A DNA stretch of 64,000 nt from Anaeromyxobacteraceae bacterium (GCA_047602405.1 JASGHJ010000002.1:2848001-2912000); one strand, 5' to 3'; shown: positions 53,959 to 64,000, numbered from the stretch's first letter. The notes: generated from the sequence alone by a model not told the origin. Program-made: numbers and translations.

Positions 53959-56616
53959 CTAGTTGCTCGGGAGCGCCGAGCCGGTGCCCGTGACGAAGAG
54001 CGGGAAGTACGAGTCGTTCGGCAGGTCCTCGTACTGCTCGTTCACGGCCTTCTCGTCCCGCGGGAACTCGACCGGGAGCCGGGCCGCGCCGTAGGCGTAG
54101 CCGGCCGGGGTCGTCGGCACGTTCTTGTTGAAGAGGAAGTCGAGGACCGCGCGGTCGTACGCGCCGAACTCGACGAGGAACGTGTCCACGCCGGCGTGGG
54201 CCGTGGCGGTGGTCGTGGTGACCTGGCTCGGGTTGACGTTCGTGCCGTCCCAGAGGACGGGGTAGCAGAGCTCCTTCGCGGCGTCGCTGCCCGCGGCGTC
54301 GCAGCCCACGCGCTCGTCGAGCGTCTTGAGCCCGTTGATGAAGGGCGTCACCGGGCTCGGGCGGTCCATGTGCATCACGAGGACGATGCGGAGCGTGGAC
54401 TTCGCGGCCGGGACGACCGTGCCGTCCGCCTTCTTGTAGCCGTCGCGGATGCGGAAGAGGTCGATGACCTTCTGCGCGTCCTTGACGGCCGGGGCGCGGC
54501 CGGAGTCGTTGTTGAGGCCGGGGTACGGCGCGTCGAACGAGAGCGGAACGCCCGCGTCGAGGCCGGAGTAGGTGCCCTTGCGCGCCGTGATGCGAAGGAC
54601 GGCGATGTCGGCGTCCGCAGCGGTCGCGGCGGCGACGATCGGGAGCTTGAAGCCGGCGGTGCCGGCCGTGCCAGCGCCCGCGGCGCGGTAGTCGTAGTCG
54701 GCCGCGAGGACCGGCGAGAGCCCCGCGAGGGCGTTGATGGGCGCCGTGCTGTAGCGGTCGGGGCCGTTGAGCGCGTCGGCGACGCCGTCGAAGAACACCT
54801 CGACGCTGCCGTCCTTGTCGGCGTCGGAGGCGAACTCACCCACGTCGGGCGCGCCGGCCGTGCCGCCGGCCACGTCGGTGTAGCGGCTCTGCGAGATCGG
54901 GAGCCGACCCGGGTTCGTGGTGCCCGCGTTCTGGACGAGGACGATCGCCTTCTTCTGCGCGTCGAAGCCGTTCTGCATGGCCTCGGCGTTGCGGGCGAGG
55001 GCGGTGGTGGCGTCGCTCGTGTACGGGTTCTCGAAGAGGCCGAGCTTGAACGTCATCTCGAGGATCTTCGTCGCCGCGCCGTTGATCTCGGCCTCGGTGA
55101 GGAAGCCCTGGTCGTAGGCGGCCTGGACGATCGTGACGGAGTCGGAGCCGAGCTGGTGCGAGCCGGCCTTCACGAAGATCGCCGCGCGCTCGGGCTGGCT
55201 GAGCGCCTCGACGCCGAAGGCGGCGCCGGACATCGTGCCCCAGTCGGAGGTGACCATGCCGTCGAAGCCGAGCTCGTTCTTCAGGAGCCGGGTGATCATG
55301 CCGTAGGAGAACGCCGTGCCGTACTGCTCCGGGTTCCACTCGTAGATGCCCTTCTCGATCGAGTAGCAGGGCATGACGGCGGCGGCGCCGGCGTCGATGG
55401 CGTACGTGAAGGGCTTCACGTGGTTGTCGAAGTTGCCGCCCGGGTAGACGTTGTACTTGCCGCGGTAGCCGTGGGAGTCACGGCCGTCCTCGTCGGGGCC
55501 GGCGCCGGGGAAGTGCTTCATGGTCGCCGCGATGCCGCCGCGGAGGCCGCCCGCCTTGCCGGCCTGGAAGCCGAGGATGACCTCCTTGCCGATCTTGCCG
55601 ACGTGGTCGGGCTGCTCGCCGAACATCGTGATGAAGCGCGCCCAGCGGGGCTCGGTCGCGGAGTCCATCATCGGGCCGAGCTGCCAGCGGAAGCCGATGC
55701 CCATGAAGTCCTTGCGGACCGTGTCACCGTACTGGAACGCGACGTCCGCGCTGTTGATCGCGCCGAGGCCCATCGGGTTCGGCCACTGCGAGACGGCCGG
55801 GGTGATCGAGAGCGTCTGGACGCCGGCGGTCGAGGTGGACTGGGTCACGAAGTGGACCGGGTCCGCGGTGATGGCGAACGGGATGCCCCACTTCGAGCCC
55901 TCGACGATCGCCTGGAGGTTGTTGACGTAGGTCTGGTACTGCGTCGGGGTGATGTCCGCGAGGCGGATGAGCGCCTGGCGGCGGTTCTCGACGAAGAGCG
56001 CGTTGATCGTCGACTGGACGAAGATGCCGTCGGTCGTGCCGGAGCCGATGGAGCCCGCCTCGCCCATCAGGCCGGTCTTCTCCTTCACGGCCATGCGGGC
56101 GACGAGGTCCTTCGCGCGGCAGACGTCGGAGTAGCGCCAGTCCTCGTACTTCTCGAGGGTGCCGTTCGCGTTCAGGTCGCGGAACTGGAGCCCGTCCACG
56201 GTGATGGCGCTCTTCTTCGTGAAGGGCACCTCGACCGCGGCGGTCGCCGTGTTGGCGTCGTCGTCGTAGGTGTAGGCGGCCGCGTTGGCGCCGAGCACCT
56301 TGCCGCTCGGCGCGATGCGGCCCGCCGTGGCGGTCGCCGCGGCGAAGTCGACCGCGAACTTGAGGGTGGGCTGGACGGTGTTGACCTTCACCGTGCAGGG
56401 ATCGACCGGCTCGGGCGTGACCGAGGCGACGCAGACGCCCGCCTTGCAGGTCTGGCCCGTCGGGCAGAGGCCGATCGGGTAGTCCAGGCTGCACGCCGGG
56501 ATCTCACCGGGGACGGGGACGGGCACTTCGACGGTCTTGACCTCGGTCTCGGTACAGGCGGCGAGGCCGAGCGCGAGCAGCGCGGCCATGCCGATCCTCT
56601 GAATCGTGACTCGCAT
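53959..56616 (-). CDS. GH3 beta-glucosidase-like lipoprotein
   Basis: LAAC lipobox; FRDLN.NG.LEKYEDWR, TEPRWAR, MKHFPG, MPCY, VTSDW. Confidence 0.92.
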   Translation of the reverse strand: MRVTIQRIGMAALLALGLAACTETEVKTVEVPVPVPGEIPACSLDYPIGLCPTGQTCKAGVCVASVTPEPVDPCTVKVNTVQPTLKFAVDFAAATATAGRIAPSGKVLGANAAAYTYDDDANTATAAVEVPFTKKSAITVDGLQFRDLNANGTLEKYEDWRYSDVCRAKDLVARMAVKEKTGLMGEAGSIGSGTTDGIFVQSTINALFVENRRQALIRLADITPTQYQTYVNNLQAIVEGSKWGIPFAITADPVHFVTQSTSTAGVQTLSITPAVSQWPNPMGLGAINSADVAFQYGDTVRKDFMGIGFRWQLGPMMDSATEPRWARFITMFGEQPDHVGKIGKEVILGFQAGKAGGLRGGIAATMKHFPGAGPDEDGRDSHGYRGKYNVYPGGNFDNHVKPFTYAIDAGAAAVMPCYSIEKGIYEWNPEQYGTAFSYGMITRLLKNELGFDGMVTSDWGTMSGAAFGVEALSQPERAAIFVKAGSHQLGSDSVTIVQAAYDQGFLTEAEINGAATKILEMTFKLGLFENPYTSDATTALARNAEAMQNGFDAQKKAIVLVQNAGTTNPGRLPISQSRYTDVAGGTAGAPDVGEFASDADKDGSVEVFFDGVADALNGPDRYSTAPINALAGLSPVLAADYDYRAAGAGTAGTAGFKLPIVAAATAADADIAVLRITARKGTYSGLDAGVPLSFDAPYPGLNNDSGRAPAVKDAQKVIDLFRIRDGYKKADGTVVPAAKSTLRIVLVMHMDRPSPVTPFINGLKTLDERVGCDAAGSDAAKELCYPVLWDGTNVNPSQVTTTTATAHAGVDTFLVEFGAYDRAVLDFLFNKNVPTTPAGYAYGAARLPVEFPRDEKAVNEQYEDLPNDSYFPLFVTGTGSALPSN

Positions 56617-56699
56617 CTAGGAGCTCCTTCGGTGAGAAGCGGTTGCGCTGCGGGACGCCCGGAATTGTGGCGCAGCGTGCCCGGTGTGCGTGCAGCGGG

Positions 56700-56736
56700 C
56701 TTCCCGGTTCTTGATCTTTCGTTTTCGGTTTCTTGC
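56700..56736 (-). promoter_or_regulatory. Conserved upstream motif, copy 1 (candidate AraC-type operator)
   Basis: Minus strand GCAAGAAACC-N5-CGAAAGATCAAGA; shared with 59717-59762. Confidence 0.6.
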
Positions 56737-56851
56737 AGCTGGGGCCCGAACCCGGAGCCGCGTGGCTGCGCTGCGTCACCACACCGAAAAGAACGAGGGC
56801 CGGCGCGGCGCAGGACTTGCGCCGGCCGGCCCCGTTCAACCCACCGTCAGG

Positions 56852-59647
56852 TCAGTTCGCCGGCAGGGCGATCCCGGCGCCGTTGATGTACGACGGCTGC
56901 CAGGAGTCGTTCGCCACGTCCTCGAGCTGCCCACGGACGGCCGCATCCGAGGAGGGGAGCTCCATCGGCAGGCGGGCCGAGCCGTAGGTGAAGCCGGTCG
57001 GGACGTTCTTGTTGAAGACGAAGTCCAGCACCGCGCGGTCGTAGGCGCCGAAGTCGGCGAGGAAGGCGTCCACGCCGGTGAAGGTCGCCAGCTGGTTGAT
57101 GTTCGCCTCGTCGGAGACGCTCGGGTAGGAGCCGGCCTGGCCGGCGAGCTCGTCGAGGCTCACGAGGCCGACGATGAACGGCCGGACGATGCCGGGCCGC
57201 GTCGTCTGCTGCACGAGGATGATCTTCAGGGTGGCGTTCGTCGGCAGGACCTGGGTCCCATCCGACTTCTTGTAGCCGTCGCGGGCGCGGAACGCGTCGA
57301 GCACCTTCTTCTTCGAGGCCGCCGCGGCCGCGAGGCTCCCGTCGACCTGGTTCACGAGCTGGTCGGGCGTGAGGACGCCGTCGTAGGAGAGCAGGCCCTC
57401 GAAGGTGCGGGCGGACGCGCGCGGGACGATGCGGATGATGGCGATGTCGGCCTTCGTGATGTCGGCGGTCGCCTCGACGGGCAGCGTGTAGCCCGCGACG
57501 CCGGCGGTGCCGCTGCCGGCGGCGGTGTAGTTGTAGTCGCCGAAGAGGTCGTTCACGTCGTCCTGCTTCGCCGCCTCTGCCGCCGTCGGGCCGACGATGC
57601 TGTCGAAGACGCCGTCGTAGTAGACGGTGACCTTCGCGTCGCCGTTCGTGTCGCAGTGGAACTCGCCGACGTCCGGCGCGCTCGCGGTGCCGCCCGCCTT
57701 GTCGGTGTAGCGGGTCCCGTTGATGGGCAGGTAGCGGATCGAGGACGTCGCGTGGTCCTGGTTGCGGAGCAGCACGATCGCCTTCTTCATCGTCTCGAAG
57801 CCGTCACGCCGGTCGGCCTGCGTCCGCATCGAGGTCGCGGCGTTCGCCGCCACCACGTACGGGTTCTCGAAGGCGCCCGTCTTGAACGTCATCTCGAGGA
57901 TCTTCTCGGCCGCCGCGTCGATCTCGGCCTCGCTCACGAGGCCCTGGTCGAAGGCCTGCTGGAAGGCGGTGTTCGAGTCGATGCCGAACTGGTGCGAGCC
58001 GGCGTGCAGCCACTGCGCGCCGCGCTCCGCGTAGGTCCAGTTCTCCATGTTGAAGGCCTGGCCGTTGGCCGTGTTCCAGTCGCCGGTCACCATCCCGGTG
58101 AAGCCCATGCGCTTCTTCGCGAGGCCGGTGATGAACTCGTAGGAGAAGCCCGACGGGATCTGGAGCGGGTCGTACTGGTACTGATCCTTGTAGATCGCGT
58201 AGCACGGCATGATCGCCGCCGCGCCCACGTCGAAGGCCGCCTGGAACGGGATGAAGTGCGCCTCGAGGTTGTTGCCCGGGTAGACGTTGAAGCGGCCCGG
58301 GTAGGTGTGGGCGTCCATGCCGTCGTCCTCGGCGCCGTGGCCGGGGAAGTGCTTCATGGTGGCCGCGATGCCGTTGCGGAGGTCGCCGGTCGCGCTGCCC
58401 TGGAAGCCGATCACCATCGCCTCGACGTGCTTCGAGACCGCCACCGGGTCGGAGCCGAGGACGCCGGCGATGCGGCCCCAGCGGGGCTCGGTCGCGGAGT
58501 CGGCCATGGGCCCGAGCTGCCAGCGGAGGCCGGCGGCCATGAACTCGCGGCGGACGCAGTCACCGTGACGGCGGGTGAGGTCGCGGTCGTTGATCGCGCC
58601 GAACGCGAGCGTGCTCGGCCAGTTCGTCATCAGCGTGGACTTCGAGATCGACATCGTGCCGTCGGCCGCCATGGAGGCGCTGATGGAGTGCGCCGGGTCG
58701 GCGGAGACGATCGCCGGGATGCCCAGCGGGAGCCCCTCGGCCATCGCCTGCACGTTGTTGAAGTAGGTGGCGAGCTGGGTGCCGGTGAAGCCAAAGCGCG
58801 TGAGGCCCTGCCGGTAGTTCCAGTACGCGATGTTCTGCACCGTCGAGTCGGCGAGCACGCCGTCGTTGGAGCCGTTGCCGAGCGAGCCGCCCGAGTTCAT
58901 GAGGCCGACCTTCTGCGGGACGGTCATGCGCTTCACGAGGTCGCGCGCGCGGCAGAGCGGCGAGTAGCGCCAGTCCTCGTAGCGCTCGAGGGTGGTGTTG
59001 TGGTTGAGGTCGCGGAAGTCCTTCCCGTCCACCGTGATCTTGGCCTTCTGCGTGTAGGGCACCTCGACGGCGGCGGTGGCGGTGTTGTTGTCGGCGTCGT
59101 ACGTGTACGCGACGCCGCCGGCCTTCGTGGGCTTCGCCGCGGCGAAGCCGAGCGTCGGCTGGGTGGTGGTCACCTGCGCGGCGCAGGGGTCGACCTCGGC
59201 CGGGGTGACCGGCGGGACCGCGGAGGCGATGATGCAGCCGCCGCCGTAGCACGCCCACCCGGTCGGGCAGGTGCCGGCCTGGTTCGCGGCGGAGCAGATG
59301 CTCGCGGTCGTCGCGCAGGCGCCCATGAAGCAGGTCTGGCCAGCGTCACACGTGCCGTTCGGCACGGTCGGGCTGCACGCGGCCGGGACCGAGGCCGCGA
59401 CGATGCAGCCGCCGCCGTAGCACTGGAAGCCGTTCGGGCAGCTGCCGGTCGCGTTGGTCGCGCTGCAGAGCGAGGCGGTCGCGACGCACGCGCCCTGCGA
59501 GCAGGACTGGCCGGAGGCGCACTGGCCGGTCGGGTAGGTGGGACTGCAGTCCGGGATCCGATCCACGTACTTCGTCTCGGTGTCCGTGCACGCGGCGAGG
59601 CCGGCGAGCACGAGCGAGGCGAAGAGGAGGTTCTTCGGTACGCGCAT
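56852..59647 (-). CDS. GH3 beta-glucosidase-like lipoprotein with four Cys repeats
   Basis: LAAC lipobox; FRDLN...YEDWR, TEPRWGR, MKHFPG, VTGDW. Confidence 0.92.
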   Translation of the reverse strand: MRVPKNLLFASLVLAGLAACTDTETKYVDRIPDCSPTYPTGQCASGQSCSQGACVATASLCSATNATGSCPNGFQCYGGGCIVAASVPAACSPTVPNGTCDAGQTCFMGACATTASICSAANQAGTCPTGWACYGGGCIIASAVPPVTPAEVDPCAAQVTTTQPTLGFAAAKPTKAGGVAYTYDADNNTATAAVEVPYTQKAKITVDGKDFRDLNHNTTLERYEDWRYSPLCRARDLVKRMTVPQKVGLMNSGGSLGNGSNDGVLADSTVQNIAYWNYRQGLTRFGFTGTQLATYFNNVQAMAEGLPLGIPAIVSADPAHSISASMAADGTMSISKSTLMTNWPSTLAFGAINDRDLTRRHGDCVRREFMAAGLRWQLGPMADSATEPRWGRIAGVLGSDPVAVSKHVEAMVIGFQGSATGDLRNGIAATMKHFPGHGAEDDGMDAHTYPGRFNVYPGNNLEAHFIPFQAAFDVGAAAIMPCYAIYKDQYQYDPLQIPSGFSYEFITGLAKKRMGFTGMVTGDWNTANGQAFNMENWTYAERGAQWLHAGSHQFGIDSNTAFQQAFDQGLVSEAEIDAAAEKILEMTFKTGAFENPYVVAANAATSMRTQADRRDGFETMKKAIVLLRNQDHATSSIRYLPINGTRYTDKAGGTASAPDVGEFHCDTNGDAKVTVYYDGVFDSIVGPTAAEAAKQDDVNDLFGDYNYTAAGSGTAGVAGYTLPVEATADITKADIAIIRIVPRASARTFEGLLSYDGVLTPDQLVNQVDGSLAAAAASKKKVLDAFRARDGYKKSDGTQVLPTNATLKIILVQQTTRPGIVRPFIVGLVSLDELAGQAGSYPSVSDEANINQLATFTGVDAFLADFGAYDRAVLDFVFNKNVPTGFTYGSARLPMELPSSDAAVRGQLEDVANDSWQPSYINGAGIALPAN

Positions 59648-59716
59648 GGCTGCTCCTGGAGTTGCGAGTGTGGGTGCCCGGAGGACACGCACCATGCGCG
59701 CTCGACCCCGAGTTCA

Positions 59717-59762
59717 CTTCCGGGATCTTGATCTTTCGGTTTCCGAATTTTTGGTTTCTTGC
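59717..59762 (-). promoter_or_regulatory. Conserved upstream motif, copy 2 (candidate AraC-type operator)
   Basis: Minus strand GCAAGAAACC-N14-CGAAAGATCAAGA; AT-rich patch in the divergent GH3/AraC gap. Confidence 0.6.
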
Positions 59763-59908
59763 GGTTCGGCCCGGGAAGGCTTGCTGCATCGCGTGATGGC
59801 GGAGTCTCCGGCCTCCCCGAGAGGAGCAAACGACTGCAGGTCGATCGCACCCTGCGACGGCGCTGCCTCTTGCCCGGGCACGCAAGACCCGGCTACGGTC
59901 CCGCCGGA

Positions 59909-60808
59909 ATGATCTCCCCAGGCGCCCCCGGCGCCTTCTTCGCGCGCGTCGAGCGCGGGACGCCGAGGTGCTATGCCCCGGCGGAGGGGGGCCCGCGCGG
60001 CTTCGTGCGGACCTGGAGCACCGTGGGTGCGGCGCGCTTCGCGTGCGAGCCCTGCGAGGAGCCTCAGGGGCACCTCTTGAACCACCTCGTCACGCTCCAC
60101 CTCTCCGGCGAGGCGGTGCTCGACCTCGGCCTGCCGGGGCGCGACTGGGAGAGCCACCGCGTCGCCCATCACGGCATCGGGCTGTGGCCCGCCGCGTTCG
60201 AGCACGCGGTCCGCACCCACCAGCCCGCCGACGTGCTCTTCGTCGAGCTCGCGCCCGGGTTCGTGGAGTCCGCCCTCCTCGACGCCCACGCCAGCGAGCC
60301 GGTCCTGCCGGTCGTCGGCGGCGAGGACCCGTTCGTCGAGCACGTCCTCCTCGCGCTCGCGTCGGAGGCGAAGGCCGACACGCCCACCGCCGCGGCCCGG
60401 GTCGAGAAGCTCGCCGCGGTGCTCGTCGCCCACCTCGCCGAGCACCCGCTGCGCGGGCCTCCGCCGCTCGCGCCGGCGAGCTCGCTGCCGAGCCCCAAGC
60501 TGCGCCGCGTGCTCGATCACATCTCCGGGAACCTCGACGCGGCGCTCACGCTGCAGCGGCTCGCCGAGCTCGCGGACATGGACGTCTTCCGCTTCACGCG
60601 CGCGTTCAAGCAGTCGACGGGCAGCTCCCCGCACCGGTACGTGCTCGAGGCCCGCATCGCGCGCGCGAAGGAGCTCCTCGGGAACCGCGCGCTCTCGATC
60701 ACCGACGTGGCGCTGCAGACCGGCTTCGCGACGCCGAGCCACTTCTCGGTGACGTTCCGGCGGATCACCGCCCTCACCCCGCGCGCGTTCCGCGACGGGC
60801 TGAAGTAG
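59909..60808 (+). CDS. AraC-family transcriptional regulator
   Basis: LRRVLDHI...LTLQRLAELA...FTRAFKQSTG.SP...ITDVALQTGFATPSHF...FRR. Confidence 0.93.
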   Translation: MISPGAPGAFFARVERGTPRCYAPAEGGPRGFVRTWSTVGAARFACEPCEEPQGHLLNHLVTLHLSGEAVLDLGLPGRDWESHRVAHHGIGLWPAAFEHAVRTHQPADVLFVELAPGFVESALLDAHASEPVLPVVGGEDPFVEHVLLALASEAKADTPTAAARVEKLAAVLVAHLAEHPLRGPPPLAPASSLPSPKLRRVLDHISGNLDAALTLQRLAELADMDVFRFTRAFKQSTGSSPHRYVLEARIARAKELLGNRALSITDVALQTGFATPSHFSVTFRRITALTPRAFRDGLK

Positions 60809-60894
60809 AATCCCGCGCCCCTCGTCTCCGGGGCCGCTGCGCGGCCCCTACGCTCGGGGCGAACGGAGCCCTTGTTGCTGGAGGAGCCCCGAAG

Positions 60895-61659
60895 CTACGG
60901 CCCGAGCACCGGACGGATGCCGTACCCGCCCACCTTCCAGGCGCCGCCCTCCTCCACCAGCGTGACCCGCTCGAGGAAGCGCACGCCGTCGGGGCCCCGC
61001 GTCTCGTACTGCGTCGCGATCACCCACGCGCCGGACGCGTCGCGCGACTGGGTCCGGTAGCGCTCGGTGCGCGTCGCCGGGTAGCGCAGCGCCTTGCGGA
61101 CGCCCATGAGCTGGGCCCACTGCGACGTCGCCTGGATCTCCGAGCGGAAGGAGGCCGCCGCGGTGGCGATGGCCGCCTCGGGCCGGCCGTCGTCCAGCAG
61201 GAGCACCCACGCCTTCCCCGCTGCGGCCGCCGCGGCGGTGCGCGCGCGATCCGCGCGATCGGCGGCGGCCCCGGCCGCCGGGTGCGGGGTGAGGCGCGCC
61301 TCCGCCTGCGGCGCGCCCTTCGCCCGGCGGAAGCCCGCCCCGGCGGGCTCGTACACGTGTTCCACCGCGCCCGCGCGGCCGGCCGCGCGCACGGTGAGCC
61401 TCACCTCGCTCGCGGCGGCGAGCTCCGGGCCGACCGCGGCGGCGACCGCGTCCGCGTCGCGCGCCAGGCGCGCCGGGTCGGCGGTCTCGGCGGCGTACGA
61501 CACCTGGAGGCCGGCGCCCGCCGCCCGGGACGGGTGCACCTCGAAGACCCGGAACACCGCGCCCGACGGCGTGTGGAGGTCCACCTGGCGCGGCGGCGCG
61601 GCCGGGCCGGCGGCGAGGTGGAGCGACAGGGCGGCGGCGAACGGGGCGAGGGCGATCAT
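60895..61659 (-). CDS. Exported protein with DUF4019-like C-terminal domain
   Basis: Signal peptide; AWVLLLDDG...QYET...ERVTLVEEGGAWKVGGYGI. Confidence 0.7.
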   Translation of the reverse strand: MIALAPFAAALSLHLAAGPAAPPRQVDLHTPSGAVFRVFEVHPSRAAGAGLQVSYAAETADPARLARDADAVAAAVGPELAAASEVRLTVRAAGRAGAVEHVYEPAGAGFRRAKGAPQAEARLTPHPAAGAAADRADRARTAAAAAAGKAWVLLLDDGRPEAAIATAAASFRSEIQATSQWAQLMGVRKALRYPATRTERYRTQSRDASGAWVIATQYETRGPDGVRFLERVTLVEEGGAWKVGGYGIRPVLGP

Positions 61660-63879
61660 CGGCGGGCCTTCCTTTCACGGCGGGCGGGGCGCGCCGCGGC
61701 GGCCGGCGCCGGCGCGGCGGTGAGGCCGCCCCGCCGGTCGAGCCAGCGGCGGAGCAGCACGGGCAGCGCGAGGGCCGGGACCTCGTAAAGGAGCCAGCTT
61801 CTTCTCCCGCTCCCAGGCGTACCAGTTGTCGGACAGCTTCTCGAACGGCACGAGCCCGAGCGCACACAGGATGGCGTTCACGGCCAGGAACACCGTGAAG
61901 TGCCAGACGAGCACGTCGAGCGTGGACCGGCCGAGGAGGTGGACCGGCGAGCCCTCCGGCAGGAACCGCGCCGCGTGGTGCGCGAGCTGGAAGACCATCA
62001 GCACGAGGAGGAGGCTCGTCGCGACCGGGACCCACACCCGCACGTTCGCGACGTTCCCGAGCACGAAGTTGTAGCGGATGTTCCCGAGGTTCACCGCGAG
62101 CACGTTCACGAGCGCGAAGGCCACGACCAGGAACCACGGCGCGAGCAGCACCCGCGCGAGGCGCTCCTCGTGCAGGCGGACCACGTGGCCGGCCAGGAAG
62201 AAGAACAGCGCGAGCGCGGTGCGCACGCCGGTGAGCCGGAGATCCTCGAACGACTGGAGCCCCTGCTCGAGCACCGGGACGAGCAGCGGGGCGAGGACGG
62301 CGAGCGCCGCCGTCGCCCAGGCCTTCCCGGGCCGCCAGACGACCACCTGGAAGACCACGTGCACGAGGAAGAGCTGCAGGATGAACCAGGCCGCGAGGTA
62401 CAGGTGGTACTGGTGGCCGTCCTCGAACGGCTGCACGAAGAACCCGCGCAAGGTCGCGAGCACCTCCGCCCGCGAGCCGAAGGCCGGGATGGCGTAGCCG
62501 AGCCGGATGCCGCCGAGCGCGAGCAGGAACGTCAGGACGGCGAAGAAGAGGTTCCAGCGGAAGTAGAGGAGGAGCTGGGTCCTCGCCTTCCCGGCGAGGA
62601 ACCGGAGCTTCGCGCCGAGCCCCTCCTTCGCGGTCGCGAGGTAGCCCGACGCGAAGAAGAACAGCGGCATGTGGAACGTGTACGCGTCGAGGAACAGGTG
62701 CGGCGGCTGGTGGTGGTGGCCCATCACCACCATCACGATGCCGAACGCCAGCATCACGTCGACGTGGCGCAGCCGCCCCCCGCTCCCCCCGCTCCCCCCG
62801 CTCCCCCCGCTCGCCCTCTCGCCCCCGCTCGGCCCCTCCCGTCCGTTCGTCCTGAGCGTAGCCGCCGCGAAGCGGCGGCGTAGTCGAAGGACGGGCAACC
62901 CGATCGCCGGCACGAGGTAGAGGAGCCACCAGCGGTCGAGCTTGAACGTGCGCGCCGCCGCCGGGAGGTCTGCGGCGGCGAGGAGCCCCGCGCCCACGAA
63001 CGCGAGGTCCACCAGGAACAGCACCGCGGCGTGGAGCGCGAGCACCGCGACCCACGCGCGCCCCACGGCGAGGAGCGCCGAGCGCGGCGGGACGACCTCG
63101 GCCGCGTAGCCGGCCAGGGACCAGCCCATGAGCGCGATGGGCGCGGTGGTGAGGAGCGCGGGCCCGGGGGTGGCCCCGAGGCTGCCCCGCTCGATCGCGT
63201 ACCCGAGGGCGCCCCCGTTCTTCGCGATCGTGTCCACGAGGAGGAAGCCGCCCACGATCACAGTGGGGGCGCGCAGGCGCCGGGCGAGCGCCGGGCTCGC
63301 CGCGAGCCCCGCGCCCGCGAGCAGGAACGCGAGCGCGAAGGCGAGGCGCGCGAGGAGGAGCTGGCCGCCCGGCTCGAGCGCTCCGTCCCCGCCCGCCGCC
63401 ACCGCGAGGAGCGCCGCCGCGGCCGCGCCAATCCATGCGCCGGCCGCTCGACCGGGCGCCGGCGCGAGCACGGCGAGGAGCGCGAGCCCCGCCGCGGAGG
63501 ACGCGAGCATCCAGGCCGCCGGGAAGAGCCCCGGCGCCGCCGCGAGCCCGAGCGGCGCGAGCGCCGCCTGGAGGAGCGTGTCCCCGGCGCTGCTGGCGAT
63601 CGCGCCCGGCGGCGGGAGCCCCGCGCGGGAGAGCGCGAGCGCGAGCAACACCGCGAGCGCGGTGCCCGCCCACGCGACGGCGGCCCACCGGCCGGCCGCG
63701 GCGAGGAGCGCGCGCCGGCCGCGCGGCGCGGCGAAGCCCACCGCGAGGAAGAGGAAGCCCGCCGCGAAGGCGGCCACCGGGTAGAAGAGGAACGCGGGCT
63801 GGTAGCGCGCCGCCATGACGGCGGCCACCGCCGCGAGCCCGAGCATCGCCTGGCCGTGCCGTTCGTGCACGGGCGGCAC
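61656..63879 (-). CDS. Polytopic membrane protein with C-terminal acyltransferase-3 domain (apparent frameshift near 61800; start uncertain)
   Basis: RLRHVD...GIVMVVMGH...YTFHMPLFFFASGY...WFILQLF...LGRSTL.V..WH; C-terminus SWLLYEVPALALP... in the frame ending at 61656, which overlaps the next ATG. Confidence 0.8.
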
Positions 63880-64000
63880 CCTTCCACGAAAGGCGGCGGC
63901 GCGGCAAGCGGCGGCACCCCGGGTACGGGGTGCGCCCTCTCCCGCTCAGCCCGGCCTCCGGGAGTGACTCACTGACAGTCAATCTTCGGGATCCGGCCCC

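Noticed and set aside
63964..63982. TGACT-N7-AGTCA palindrome near the window end as an operator
   Set aside because: Single short instance and the downstream context is cut off, so it cannot be supported.

Overview
Very GC-rich myxobacterial DNA; gene content suggests an Anaeromyxobacter-like organism (inference). In order, the window carries: the end of a complex I operon (nuoJKLMN); small accessory genes; a Ser/Thr kinase, KaiC-like ATPase, receiver and PAS-histidine-kinase signalling cluster; a cytochrome b::SHP fusion plus diheme cytochrome c with a two-component system; a GH30 and SGNH pair; an Rrf2 regulator hit at its stop codon by a complete IS4 element with a 10-bp target duplication; a deoxyhypusine-synthase-like gene; an Hsp70/J-protein/CvpA block; a dGTPase; and a CPBP intramembrane protease (probable myxosortase) divergent from a 1772-aa surface protein. 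A ~18 kb sugar-utilisation locus follows (AraC, four GH3 lipoproteins, outer-membrane barrel, fused EIIA-HPr-EI, PtsG). Three observations stand out. (1) The giant protein has an INTERNAL MYXO-CTERM tag followed at once by a second lipoprotein-type signal, suggesting a polyprotein cut into two anchored surface proteins, and it lies next to the likely processing protease. (2) Two copies of a ~665-bp non-coding fold-back element are built from ~258-bp units whose stems show compensatory base changes. (3) One GH3 lipoprotein is full length but has lost its catalytic residues, making it a candidate glycan-binding pseudo-enzyme in a PUL-like locus. At least six single-base frameshifts in otherwise intact genes look like sequencing or assembly errors. 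All assignments come from motif recognition by eye; no database searches were run.
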